64,000 nt of DNA from Planctomycetota bacterium (GTDB taxonomy: Bacteria; Planctomycetota; PLA2; JAEUHO01), in assembly GCA_965222115.1 (NCBI GenBank), contig CBDCTJ010000007.1:1600001-1664000 (forward strand). The letters run 5' to 3'. Shown one piece after another: positions 27,561 to 37,150 of this stretch. Under the pieces are notes generated by a model that ran no database searches, was not told the origin of the DNA, and was given only the letters and a program-made list of their open reading frames with translations. A program made the position numbers and the translations under genes. The stretch's first letter is position 1, and each line of letters begins with the position of its first letter.

Positions 27561-28586
27561 ATGAACCGCGCCGCATCCCTTCTCCTCCGAGTCACCCGCC
27601 ATGACGTGGCATTGCTCTCCCTGCGTGGGCTTGCGCTGTGTGCGTTCGCCATGCTGGTCGCACTTCCCTCGGCCTACGCCAAGGAAGAAAAGAAGAGTCA
27701 AGAACCCGCCGTGTTGATTGCCGACGCGATGAACGACCTCAACGAACTCAAGGGGTTGATCAAGAAAAAGAAGTCGAAGAACGACGAGATTATCACCTAC
27801 TTGGATTTGCTGGGCAAAGCGTACGGAAATCTACAAAAGCCTGAGGCACCCGCCGAAGACGCCGACGAAGAGTTTAAGAAGGTCTATAAGAAGGCTATGG
27901 GCGATTACGAGAAAGACGCCGCAAAGTTTCGTGGTGATGCCGTGAAACAACTCAAGTCCGCCCTCAAGCTCACGAAGGTGAAAGGCTCGGTCAACGAACG
28001 CAACGATGTCAACATCAAGGCGGCACAAGTGCTTGGTTCCTTGGCACCGACGCTGGATGAAAAGGGTCGTAAATCGATCTCCAAGACCGTTCGAACGACT
28101 ATCGAGAAAAGCTTCCAAAAGGCCAAGCACGACATGGATACGGACCTACTCAACGCTGCGTTCGGCGCGTTGGGCAGTTTGGGCGACATCGATAGCCTCA
28201 TGTGGATGGCCGACAACTTCACGCACTCCAATGAGGTCGAGAAGGAGTTTTTGATTGCGGCGCAGTCTGCGATGCGAAAGTACCCCGCGAAGGACGTGCC
28301 TGGGAAGGTTCGCTACGCCATTTGCAAGCAGATGATCACAACCTATGCGGGTGTTGAAGCCCAGGCCGAACAGAACTCCACCGATCAAAAGGTTCAAGCA
28401 AAGAAGCGCTTCTGGGACGACATCAAGACCTACACCATTCCTGCGGTGCAGCACTTCACCAATAACCCGTTGGATGAGGAAGACGAACCCATCGCCTCGA
28501 TGGCCGGATTCCAAAAGTGGTGGCGCGCACACAAGCGGCCGGGCGATGCCGTTTGGAAGGGTGAGAAGAAGAAAAAGAAGAAGTAG
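27561..28586 (+). CDS. Hypothetical exported helical (HEAT-like) Lys-rich protein
   Basis: GGAGG RBS, signal peptide (LCAFAMLVALPSAYA), helical repeats, C-terminal KWWRAHK...EKKKKKK. Confidence 0.85.
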   Translation: MNRAASLLLRVTRHDVALLSLRGLALCAFAMLVALPSAYAKEEKKSQEPAVLIADAMNDLNELKGLIKKKKSKNDEIITYLDLLGKAYGNLQKPEAPAEDADEEFKKVYKKAMGDYEKDAAKFRGDAVKQLKSALKLTKVKGSVNERNDVNIKAAQVLGSLAPTLDEKGRKSISKTVRTTIEKSFQKAKHDMDTDLLNAAFGALGSLGDIDSLMWMADNFTHSNEVEKEFLIAAQSAMRKYPAKDVPGKVRYAICKQMITTYAGVEAQAEQNSTDQKVQAKKRFWDDIKTYTIPAVQHFTNNPLDEEDEPIASMAGFQKWWRAHKRPGDAVWKGEKKKKKK

Positions 28587-28687
28587 TAGTCGTTGCGCCT
28601 CGTTCGCGAAGGCCTCGTCCCAAGAAGGGCGCGCGTACGAATCACATTCCGCCTTCGGGGCACGCCCAGGGGCATCAAAGGGAATCC

Positions 28688-29347
28688 ATGGCAGCACGCG
28701 ATTGGACGCCCTCCGTCATCATCACTGCCATGGCATCGCTGGCGACTGTGCTTGTGGTGTGGGTCGCTGCGCCCGATGGCGCGAGCTTCGATGCCCGGCG
28801 ACCCAATCGCCCGCGACGGCACGCACCCACTGAAGTCGCGGTGTGGGTTGGCGACATTGCGCCCGACGTACGCGCCGTTTTGGCGCCCGTGTGGGGTGAT
28901 CCCGGTGCGGATCGCGATCACGATGCGGCACTCAACAAGCGTTTGGGTCTAGGCGGTGACCAATCGCTGACATTTTTCCGATTGATGCTGTTCAACGTGG
29001 GTGGGGGTCCGCACCGATTCAAGATGGGAGAGGGTCTTGTGACCGTCGATGTCGGTGAGACGCGGGCGTTGCGCTCCGTCTGGGACATGGTCGAGCGCGG
29101 GTCACTCACGCTCACGGACGATCTTCGCTTCTCCCTGAAGGGATTGGGGCTGCTCGCCCGTGACGTTGAGATTCCTCCTTCGCAGATGGTCAACCTCGTC
29201 GTCGCTTTCGATGCGGGAACGTCGCTTGGAAAGGCGACATCCGTCCATACCGTGAAGGGCGGCGCCCTCCGGCGTCGTCAGATGACTCGGGAGCGTCTTC
29301 ACGCATTGATGGAGCGACCCGACGAAGAGCGAATTCGAAACCTCTGA
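28688..29347 (+). CDS. Hypothetical membrane-anchored protein
   Basis: N-terminal TM; 219-aa ORF co-oriented with its neighbours. Confidence 0.7.
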   Translation: MAARDWTPSVIITAMASLATVLVVWVAAPDGASFDARRPNRPRRHAPTEVAVWVGDIAPDVRAVLAPVWGDPGADRDHDAALNKRLGLGGDQSLTFFRLMLFNVGGGPHRFKMGEGLVTVDVGETRALRSVWDMVERGSLTLTDDLRFSLKGLGLLARDVEIPPSQMVNLVVAFDAGTSLGKATSVHTVKGGALRRRQMTRERLHALMERPDEERIRNL

Positions 29348-29473
29348 TCGCGCCGTCGCGGGAGAGGCCTCGAAGACGCCCACCCCGAACTTACCCCTTG
29401 TTGTTTCGTTGCGGACGCGTCTAGGGAGGCGCCCAAGACAAGCACACGCCGGGGATCAACGGAACCAAACGTC

Positions 29474-31225
29474 ATGATTCACCCCGAAGGTGCCCAGCCT
29501 CCCGAAGGGACGCCGGTTGACCCCTATATCGGTCGACGCGGATTCGACAGCGAGCGCGGGCAGGCGCCAACCGAAGTCGTGCTTGCCGGAGGCGAACGTG
29601 GCTCGAGTACGGGTATGCCGGTGCCAACTGAGGGCGGCCGGGGTCTCCATCCCCGCGAGGTTCACGCAAAGGAAATGGCCCAAGCGTTTCGCATGAACGC
29701 AGAGGCCCTGAGTCGTCTGCAGAAGATGCAGGAAGATCTCGCCAAGTCGGTACGCCGCTCCGATCGATCCGAAATGGTGCTCCAGTCCACCGAGGCGCTC
29801 AATGACACGTTTCGAAATCTCACGTATGTGCAAAAGGAACTGCTAGATCGTATTGACGAAGGCAAAAGGGCACGCGCACGCTCTCCGTTGATTCCGCTCA
29901 TGATTCTGGGTGTCTTGGCTGCAGTTATCGGTTGTACCTACGCGATCATAAAACGCATCGAGAGCGCCGCCGGCACGCGGGAAGACACAGAGTTAACGGC
30001 TGAACGATTGATGGAGTCGTTTCAGGATGGTCGTCGCGATGCGATGACACTGAGTGAGACGCGACTCGAGTCACTGAAGTCGGAGTTGGACGAAGAGCGC
30101 CGTCGACGCCAGGAACGCGTGGACGAATTTGAAGAGCAGTTGGCTAAGAAAAAGTCCGAGAGCGAAGAGCTTCGTCGCCAGAACGACCGTCTGCAAATCG
30201 AGCAGGCCGAGATGGCACAACAAGTCAAGCGCGGACATCATCTTGCAGTTGAGAAACAGGTGCTCGAAGACCAGCTCAAGCAAGTGGCAACGAAACAAGC
30301 TACGGTGGATAACGTAATAGGTCGCCTTCAAGCCGATCTTGCGCGGGCGAAGCGCGACAACACGGAGCTCCGTTCACGATTTGCTGCGCATGGCCTCGGC
30401 CTACCCCCCGATCCGAACTATGGCGATGAGGCCGACAATTATCCGCCGCCGCCGTCCACCCTTGACTTGCGAACAGGCAAGAATCGTTCGGTGGGCGACG
30501 ATGTGCCCGCTGCCAACCGTTCGTCGAACCGTTCCCGCGAGGACAAGATTCGAGAGGCGAAGAACATTTTGCGAGATATGGAACGTCGCGGTGACCCGCG
30601 CGTCTCACGTTCGAATACTCCGCTGCGCTCGCCCAGAGCAGGAGCCGTGGCGCCGGTTGCCCCATCGTCGGGAAGGGCAGCCAGCACAAAGCGCGACACC
30701 CCCGTGTCTCGTCCCGCAGCAGCACGTGTCGTTGGTTCCGGGGATCTTGATTCGCCGCCTGGACTCGCGAGCCGTTCGTCATCCCGCGCTGGGCCCCGCC
30801 AACCCATCATGAATGCACCGCGCGTCGATCGCGCGCGTGCGGGGTCGTCCGTTCAGGCCGCCGAATCCACGCGCATCAAAAAAATGCTGAATCGCTTGCT
30901 CGCCGCAAGTACGACGTCGCGAACCGGCGAATTTTGGCAACTCAAACAAGTACGTTCGCTGCGCGCAGATTGTTTTGAGGGTATCGAAGCTTGGCGTTAC
31001 GACGAGTCCGGACACGTGGTTGAGAAAATCAATGCTGGGGAGATGCGCGTGTTCGTTGACCGATCCCGTCACGTCGTCGAGTTCGTTTTCCGCGCCGGCC
31101 AGCGCACGATGGGCCCCCGTCGCGAAGCACTAAACGTTCGCGGCCACACGGCGCTCATAGCTGAGGGCAAAGATCAGGCGCAGTCGTGGGTGTCTTCCGG
31201 CCTAAAGATGATCCGCGTTCGCTAG
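29474..31225 (+). CDS. Hypothetical single-pass membrane protein with coiled coil, disordered linker and C-terminal beta domain
   Basis: TM LIPLMILGVLAAVIGCTYAII, long E/K/R/Q heptads, P/S/R-rich linker. Confidence 0.82.
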   Translation: MIHPEGAQPPEGTPVDPYIGRRGFDSERGQAPTEVVLAGGERGSSTGMPVPTEGGRGLHPREVHAKEMAQAFRMNAEALSRLQKMQEDLAKSVRRSDRSEMVLQSTEALNDTFRNLTYVQKELLDRIDEGKRARARSPLIPLMILGVLAAVIGCTYAIIKRIESAAGTREDTELTAERLMESFQDGRRDAMTLSETRLESLKSELDEERRRRQERVDEFEEQLAKKKSESEELRRQNDRLQIEQAEMAQQVKRGHHLAVEKQVLEDQLKQVATKQATVDNVIGRLQADLARAKRDNTELRSRFAAHGLGLPPDPNYGDEADNYPPPPSTLDLRTGKNRSVGDDVPAANRSSNRSREDKIREAKNILRDMERRGDPRVSRSNTPLRSPRAGAVAPVAPSSGRAASTKRDTPVSRPAAARVVGSGDLDSPPGLASRSSSRAGPRQPIMNAPRVDRARAGSSVQAAESTRIKKMLNRLLAASTTSRTGEFWQLKQVRSLRADCFEGIEAWRYDESGHVVEKINAGEMRVFVDRSRHVVEFVFRAGQRTMGPRREALNVRGHTALIAEGKDQAQSWVSSGLKMIRVR

Positions 31226-31279
31226 TCACCTCGTCCGACTACTCAGCGGCCGCGCACACTCACGTAGCACTCCGCGCAC

Positions 31280-31466
31280 TTCCCCAATCTGAAACCGAAT
31301 CTTAATCTGTTTCCTGACCCGGTTCTTACGCCGCCTTGCCCTCACACAGGTTCATGCTGACTTGACGATTGAAGGCGTTTGGAACAAGGTTAGGTGAAAA
31401 GTTCAGATTCGGAGAAGGATACGGGCGCAAGCGAAGAGGATTGGGGCATATTGTCGGATTGGGGAA
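31280..31466. repeat. Hexamer-periodic hairpin element, copy A
   Basis: Terminal inverted repeat TTCCCCAATCTGA (31280-31292) / TCGGATTGGGGAA (31454-31466) with one mismatch. Shares 19-nt and 20-nt exact blocks, inverted, with copy B. Confidence 0.8.
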
Positions 31467-31500
31467 TAGCGTCGGGCTTTGTATTCAGGAACAGCCCTCG

Positions 31501-31851
31501 CTACATATCGTTCGGATTCACCAACTGAAACCAGTACCCGTCCGGGTCGCGGAATGTGAGACATTTGGGGGAGCCGTCGGTGCCGTCCATGGTGACACCG
31601 TGCGCTTCTAATGCTGCGCGAGTTGCGGCAAGGTCGTCCGTGTAAAGCACCAGCGCGTGACCGCCGACGCCGTAGCTGGATCCCGTGGGTGGGGATGTGC
31701 CCGGTCGCAGGAGCAGTTCCGTTTCGCCAAGCGAAATCCATGCAACGCCTCCCTGCATGGGGACAGCGTCCTTAAAGCCAAGCGCGCCTATGTAGAACTC
31801 GCGAGCGGCTACGACGTCGCGAACAAAGCGTTCAATGTGTCCTAGTTTCAC
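31501..31851 (-). CDS. VOC/glyoxalase family protein
   Basis: Motifs LGHIERFVRDVVAAREFY...LGF and FRDPDGYWFQL; GTG start at 31851. Confidence 0.88.
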   Translation of the reverse strand: MKLGHIERFVRDVVAAREFYIGALGFKDAVPMQGGVAWISLGETELLLRPGTSPPTGSSYGVGGHALVLYTDDLAATRAALEAHGVTMDGTDGSPKCLTFRDPDGYWFQLVNPNDM

Positions 31852-32009
31852 GGGTCGGATTCTAGTTCGAACTCGACGCCCAGAGCATCTATTCGGCAAC
31901 GCACTCAGTGCACAAGTTTCGCTGGCCAAACATCCTGATAGTGACGTGCAAGTTTGGTCCACGATGCGTCCCTGCTTTCGGTCACCTTACGACCAGGTAT
32001 CCTGTGCCC

Positions 32010-32813
32010 ATGTTTCAGGTCCTTGCTGTTGGTGATGTTGTTGGGCGCCCCGGTAGGCGTGCGCTTGCCTATTGGCTTCCGCGTCTACGCGAGGAGCGCG
32101 CGATCGACTTCGTGGTCATCAATGGTGAGAACGCCGCATCGGGCAGCGGCATCACCCCCAAGATCTACGAGCAGATTCGCGCACTTGGCGTGGACGTGAT
32201 CACCATGGGCGACCACGCCTACCGGCAGAAGACATCGATGCCGCTCTACGAGAACGAATCGAATCTCCTTCGTCCCGCGAACTGGCCTGCCGAGTCGCCC
32301 GGTCGCGGCGCGTGTGTTGTCGAGGGACCGCGCGGTGTGCGGGTGGGGGTGATTCATCTACAGGGGCGCGTGTTCATGAGCGCACAGGGCGACTTTCTTG
32401 CCGAGGCCGATCGTCAACTCGAATCCATGCAAGGTGACGCACACATCGTCCTTGTCGATATGCACGCCGAGGCCACCAGCGAAAAGATTGCGCTGTCTTG
32501 GCATCTCGACGGTCGTGCATCGCTCGTATTTGGTACGCATACGCACGTGCCCACGGCCGATGCGGTGATTCGCCCCAAAGGGACTGCCTACATCACCGAC
32601 GTGGGCATGACGGGGCCCTACAACGGTGTGATCGGTCGCATTAAAGACGCGGTGATTCGCAAGATGCGCACCAATGTGCATCATCCGTTCACAGTTGCTG
32701 AGGGCGATGAACGCCTGGGTGCCGTGCACGTATCGATTGATGAAGCCACCGGGCGTGCGACGTCGATCGAAGGGCTATGGCTCGAAGTGCCAGACGGTGA
32801 TGCAACGACATGA
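32010..32813 (+). CDS. ymdB: YmdB-like metallophosphoesterase (TIGR00282)
   Basis: Motifs GDVVG.PG, NGENAA.G.G, DMHAEATSEK, GTHTHV, DVGMTGP. Confidence 0.93.
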   Translation: MFQVLAVGDVVGRPGRRALAYWLPRLREERAIDFVVINGENAASGSGITPKIYEQIRALGVDVITMGDHAYRQKTSMPLYENESNLLRPANWPAESPGRGACVVEGPRGVRVGVIHLQGRVFMSAQGDFLAEADRQLESMQGDAHIVLVDMHAEATSEKIALSWHLDGRASLVFGTHTHVPTADAVIRPKGTAYITDVGMTGPYNGVIGRIKDAVIRKMRTNVHHPFTVAEGDERLGAVHVSIDEATGRATSIEGLWLEVPDGDATT

Positions 32814-34174
32814 TCGATCCGGAACAACTGAATTACGACGTATTGAGCGTTACTGCGATTACTGAGCAAGTGCAGGGCGTGTTGCGCGTCACGTTTGATG
32901 ACGTGTGGGTGCGCGGTGAAGTGTCGCAACCGCGCACACCACGTTCCGGGCATATGTATCTAACACTCAAGGACGAGGATGCCGTACTTCCGGCTGTTGT
33001 GTGGCGGTCCACGCTCGTTCGTTTGCCATTTCAACCCGATGAAGGCGATGACGTACTCGTGCGTGGCTACATCGACGTCTATCCACCGCACGGCCGCTAT
33101 CAGTTTATCGTTCGTCACATGGAGCCCTTGGGTGCGGGCGCGCTCCAGCGAAAATTTGCACAGCTCAAGGCCAAGCTTTCTGCGGAAGGCCTGTTTGCAT
33201 TGGAAGCCAAGCAGCAGCTTCCATCATTTCCACGTCGCATTGCCTTGATCACGAGCAAGACCGGCGCTGCCGTGCGCGACATGATCAAAGTCATTCATCG
33301 TCGATTTCCCCCCGTCACGCTCGTTCTGATTCCGGTTCGCGTGCAGGGAGCCATGGCCTCCGGCGAGATCGCGCGCGCTATCCACCGTGCCGATCGACTC
33401 AAGAATTTCGACGCCATCATTGTTGGTCGTGGGGGCGGATCGATTGAAGACCTCTGGGCCTTCAACGAAGAGGTGGTTGTGCGGGCCATATTCGATTGCA
33501 ACACGCCCATCATCTCTGCCGTTGGGCATGAGAGCGACGTCACGATTGCAGATCTCGTGGCCGACGTTCGAGCCGCGACGCCATCGCACGCCGGCGAGTT
33601 GGCCGTTCCCGATTGGGAGGAGATCGTTTCTTGCATCGAGAACGCGGGAAGACGAATGGCGCGCGGGCTGCGTTACATCGTAGACGTGGCGTGGCAACGC
33701 ATTGAAGCACTTGGGGAGCGTCCGGTGCTGCGGGATCCTCGGCGATTTACGTATGCACGGCGAGACCGATTGAACGCGCTTGGTCATCGTCTTCGAAGTC
33801 AGAGCCCCAAGCGGCGCGTTATTGAGCGTGCGTCGCGCGTTGAAGATCTCGCGTCGCGGCTCGCCTTACCCCTTCGTCGCCGCTTAGCGTACGAACGAGA
33901 ATCGTTGGCGCATCTGCAGCATCGCCTGGACGTACTCGCCCAGCAATCGTTACCACGCAAGCTTGAACGGCTGGAACACATGAAGCGTCGCCTCACCTCG
34001 CTGTCACCAACCGCGATCCTGAAGCGGGGCTACAGTATTACATCGCGCGTGGATTCGTCGGGCGCGCAGCACGTGGTGCGAGGCACAGAGGATGTGTCAC
34101 CCGGCGACTCGTTGATTACCCGACTCGGTGATGGGTCCGCTGTGCCCAGCCGCGTCGAAGATCAAGCCTCGTAG
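32810..34174 (+). CDS. xseA: Exodeoxyribonuclease VII large subunit
   Basis: Motifs VWVRGEVS, SGH.Y.TLKD, RGGGSIEDLWAFNEE, SAVGHE.D, TPS, LKRGYS. Confidence 0.96.
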   Translation: MIDPEQLNYDVLSVTAITEQVQGVLRVTFDDVWVRGEVSQPRTPRSGHMYLTLKDEDAVLPAVVWRSTLVRLPFQPDEGDDVLVRGYIDVYPPHGRYQFIVRHMEPLGAGALQRKFAQLKAKLSAEGLFALEAKQQLPSFPRRIALITSKTGAAVRDMIKVIHRRFPPVTLVLIPVRVQGAMASGEIARAIHRADRLKNFDAIIVGRGGGSIEDLWAFNEEVVVRAIFDCNTPIISAVGHESDVTIADLVADVRAATPSHAGELAVPDWEEIVSCIENAGRRMARGLRYIVDVAWQRIEALGERPVLRDPRRFTYARRDRLNALGHRLRSQSPKRRVIERASRVEDLASRLALPLRRRLAYERESLAHLQHRLDVLAQQSLPRKLERLEHMKRRLTSLSPTAILKRGYSITSRVDSSGAQHVVRGTEDVSPGDSLITRLGDGSAVPSRVEDQAS

Positions 34175-34210
34175 TCATTTGCCTCCAATCAAAACCATTA
34201 GGAGCCCATC

Positions 34211-34726
34211 ATGAATTGGACCGAGTACCTCACTGCTGAGATGGAAGCTGCCTATCACGCGGTATCGGGATTACTAAAGTTCGTTGACAATGACAAGCTC
34301 GATTGGAAGCCGAGCCAAGGCACCAACTGGATGACTACGGGCCAGTTGCTCAAGCATCTAGAGACCGCGTGCGGTTTCTGCTGCAATGCGTTCATCACCG
34401 GCGACTGGGGAACGCCCGAGGGCACCGATGGCGGCGACGCCATGCCCAGCGCGGCCTCCATGCCAACCACACCATCCGTTGCCGCAACCCGCGCAGCACT
34501 TGAAAGCGACAAGAAGTTGGCATTGGATGCAGTTGCACAATTGGGTGAACAAGGACTCGCGACGAAAAAGGTCGCCGCGCCGTGGAATCCCGAACCGCGC
34601 TTGTTCGGCCATCAGTTCAGTCACATGATTGAACATTTGCAGCAACACAAGGCGCAGCTCTTTTACTATTTGAAGATGCAGGGGCATGAGGTGAATACGG
34701 GGCATATGTATGGAATGGCGCCGTAA
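34211..34726 (+). CDS. DinB-family protein
   Basis: AGGAG RBS; LDWKP...TTGQLLKHL, HLQQHKAQLFYYLKMQG. Confidence 0.88.
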   Translation: MNWTEYLTAEMEAAYHAVSGLLKFVDNDKLDWKPSQGTNWMTTGQLLKHLETACGFCCNAFITGDWGTPEGTDGGDAMPSAASMPTTPSVAATRAALESDKKLALDAVAQLGEQGLATKKVAAPWNPEPRLFGHQFSHMIEHLQQHKAQLFYYLKMQGHEVNTGHMYGMAP

Positions 34727-34775
34727 CGCATCCGTGCGTCCCTTCTAAGCGAGCCTCCGATCGACACGGTCATCG

Positions 34776-34934
34776 ATCCTCTTCGCTTGCGCCCGAATCC
34801 TTCTCTGAATCTGAATCCTTTGCCTAGTCCTATTCCTGGCTCTTTCGATGGTCCAGGCGTCGTGAACTCCTCCTGGGGGAACGGCTTAAGAGGCGGGTTA
34901 GGAAACAGATTAAGATTCAGGAGCGGAGAAGGGG
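34776..34934. repeat. Hexamer-periodic hairpin element, copy B (inverted relative to copy A)
   Basis: ATCCTCTTCGCTTGCGCCCG (34776-34795) is the reverse complement of 31422-31441. AGGAAACAGATTAAGATTC (34900-34918) is the reverse complement of 31297-31315. Confidence 0.8.
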
Positions 34935-34960
34935 CGTCCATTTTGATTGGCGCAGCTGGG

Positions 34961-36322
34961 CTACACTCGCACCACCCCCTCAGGCAACCCCGCCCGAAGC
35001 GGTGCATCAACACGTACACGATCTTCTACTCCCGGTCCCGTGATATGACGCCCACGCAGCGTCAATCCTCGAGCCTCAAGTCGCGCCGCGAGGGGCCGCG
35101 CGCGCTCCAGATGCCCGACGGCATAGTGCGGCACGGCGAGTTCATCTCGATGCAAGCTCATGCGCGTCGGCCGCAATGAACAAGCAAAGACATTGCAGAG
35201 TTCATGACGAATGGCATCCAGGAGCGCGTCGTCTGCTGGCGGAGGGGGCACCGGCAGCAGTCGAATCGAAAGGAGTCCGTGATCCGGAGGCACCACGCTG
35301 GGATCAATCGCATGATCAAAACGAATACCGGCAAGTCGTGTGCGGGGGATTACCGCCGTCCACGCTTCACGGCCTCGAGGGAGCTTCTCCGTGTCACGGG
35401 CATCCAGCACGACGCTGCATGAAATTTCTTCGTGGTACGGCAACGCGTGAAGTGTGTCGGCTACGAATGGGTCAGCGTCTCGTAGGAGTCGCGATTGTTC
35501 ACGCGCATTGATGGCAAGCGTTACGTGAGGCGCTGAATACGAATCTCCATCAGCCGTCTCGGCAATCCAGTCGCCCGTATCCATTTGGTATAGACGCTCG
35601 ACGTGGCGGTCACAGTGGACGCGACTTGGTAGTGCCCTTGCCACGCACTGCAAGAATGTTTGTAGTCCACCTGCCGGTACATAGGAACCTTTGCTGTAGT
35701 TAGATTCGATTCGTGATTCAAGGTCAAGCAGTGCCCCGCGTTTGTGTTCACGAGTAACCCACGGCGCCATCGTGGCGGCGGCATCTACACGATGCGGTGG
35801 CGCGCCGAACCTGTAGCCCGTGAACGCGCGCAGCCATGGATCGATCGCATGCCGTCCGTATGTGCGTCGCACAAATTCAGATAACGATTCAGCGTAGTCG
35901 CTTGAGGTTCTTGGCTTTCGGAGCGCTCGTCGCCACATTGTCCATCGTGTCTTAGAGCCCGGTGGCCAACTTGCGAGCGGGGTAAGTGTGGGTGGCACTG
36001 GAATAAGGCCCGACGGACGCCGCAGATACACCACACGAGCATCTTCGGATACTCGGGAGAGTGCCGGTGCTTCGGGCACCGTGTCGTGCCAACGCAGGAA
36101 GGCTTCACTCATGGGGTCGATCGCGAGCGTCGCCCGTGCATTTGACACGTGAGCGCCCTCCTCAGTTGCCCGACGAGTTTCATCACTCCCGACGACCGGT
36201 TCCCTCTCAAGCAGACCAACATCCGCACCGCGCCCGCTGAGCCACCACGCGTGCGCGAGCCCAGACACACCGCCGCCAACTACCAATCGCTCGTATTGCC
36301 GGCCGTGAGATGTGGCGCCCAT
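34961..36322 (-). CDS. FAD-dependent oxidoreductase, divergent protoporphyrinogen/coproporphyrinogen oxidase (HemY)-like
   Basis: Motifs VVGGGVSGLAHAW, ESLSEFVRR.YG, GGLQ, AVPHYAVGH, G.GV.D; start refined to ATG 36322. Confidence 0.7.
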   Translation of the reverse strand: MGATSHGRQYERLVVGGGVSGLAHAWWLSGRGADVGLLEREPVVGSDETRRATEEGAHVSNARATLAIDPMSEAFLRWHDTVPEAPALSRVSEDARVVYLRRPSGLIPVPPTLTPLASWPPGSKTRWTMWRRALRKPRTSSDYAESLSEFVRRTYGRHAIDPWLRAFTGYRFGAPPHRVDAAATMAPWVTREHKRGALLDLESRIESNYSKGSYVPAGGLQTFLQCVARALPSRVHCDRHVERLYQMDTGDWIAETADGDSYSAPHVTLAINAREQSRLLRDADPFVADTLHALPYHEEISCSVVLDARDTEKLPRGREAWTAVIPRTRLAGIRFDHAIDPSVVPPDHGLLSIRLLPVPPPPADDALLDAIRHELCNVFACSLRPTRMSLHRDELAVPHYAVGHLERARPLAARLEARGLTLRGRHITGPGVEDRVRVDAPLRAGLPEGVVRV

Positions 36323-36388
36323 TCGTGCGATTGTGACAGCGTTCCCGCATTTTCGAGAGGGGCGGCGGGACTGCGCTATGCTGCGGAC

Positions 36389-36679
36389 ATGGCCGCGAAA
36401 AAGAAGTCTCGCTCGTCCAAAGGTTCCAAGCCGCTCTCCTTCGAGCAACGGCTCGGAGCGTTGGAAGCCGTGGTCGAGGATCTCGAAGGCGACGAGTTGA
36501 GCCTGGAAGATGCGCTCGCGCGTTACAAGGTGGGCATGGAGCACCTCAAGGCGTGTCGGACCTTGCTGGATGAAGCCGAGAAAAAGCTCGTCGAACTTTC
36601 TGAGGACAGCACCGAGCGTCCTCTGGACTTTGACGGAGACGACAAACCCACGCCCGCACCGGGTGGTGGGGTGGCGTAG
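36389..36679 (+). CDS. xseB: Exodeoxyribonuclease VII small subunit
   Basis: SFEQRLGALEAVVEDLE...LSLEDALARYKVGM...C..LLDEAE. Confidence 0.93.
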   Translation: MAAKKKSRSSKGSKPLSFEQRLGALEAVVEDLEGDELSLEDALARYKVGMEHLKACRTLLDEAEKKLVELSEDSTERPLDFDGDDKPTPAPGGGVA

Positions 36680-36684
36680 CGAAC

Positions 36685-37137
36685 GTGACGCCAATCGACG
36701 ATAGCCCCGTCGCCGATACGACTCGCCGCGTTCCCTGGGTGTGGGTGGCACTCTTTGCGGCCATGTTCATCGCGCTGCTTGCGAGCATTTTTTGGCACTT
36801 AACCACCGACTACTTGCCCGCCTCGGCCCTTGATTTGTCGGCCTCACGCTACGCTCAGATCGACGACAAGACGGCTGTCCTTTCGTTGGTTGTAAAGAAC
36901 GTGCCCGATCAAGGTGAGGTGCATCATCAAGTCCGTCCTGCGTTTGGGGATGACAAGGCGCTCACCGTATTGATCGAGCCGTCGTCATCGCAAGACGACA
37001 CGCGCAAACACAAAGGGACGGTCAAGTTAAGAATCAAACTTCCGGTTCGCGACTTTGTACGCGTGCTCGACTATCGCTGGCATCGCGGCAGCGGTAATCC
37101 TGAGGGCACCGAGATTCAGCTCGAACGACTTCCTTAG
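36685..37137 (+). CDS. Hypothetical membrane-anchored protein
   Basis: TM WVWVALFAAMFIALLASIFW; starts immediately after xseB. Confidence 0.65.
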   Translation: MTPIDDSPVADTTRRVPWVWVALFAAMFIALLASIFWHLTTDYLPASALDLSASRYAQIDDKTAVLSLVVKNVPDQGEVHHQVRPAFGDDKALTVLIEPSSSQDDTRKHKGTVKLRIKLPVRDFVRVLDYRWHRGSGNPEGTEIQLERLP

Positions 37138-37150
37138 TCCGATACGCTCT

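Noticed and set aside
31280-34934. Hexamer repeats as a CRISPR array, or as the short ORFs 31369-31611, 34666-35019 and 34787-35179
   Set aside because: There is no repeat-spacer periodicity and no cas gene. The NLNL/FRFR peptides are by-products of the DNA repeat.
36323-36751. 143-aa N-terminal extension of the HemY-like ORF overlapping xseB
   Set aside because: It is an antisense read-through of xseB. The FAD-binding motif begins right after ATG 36322.
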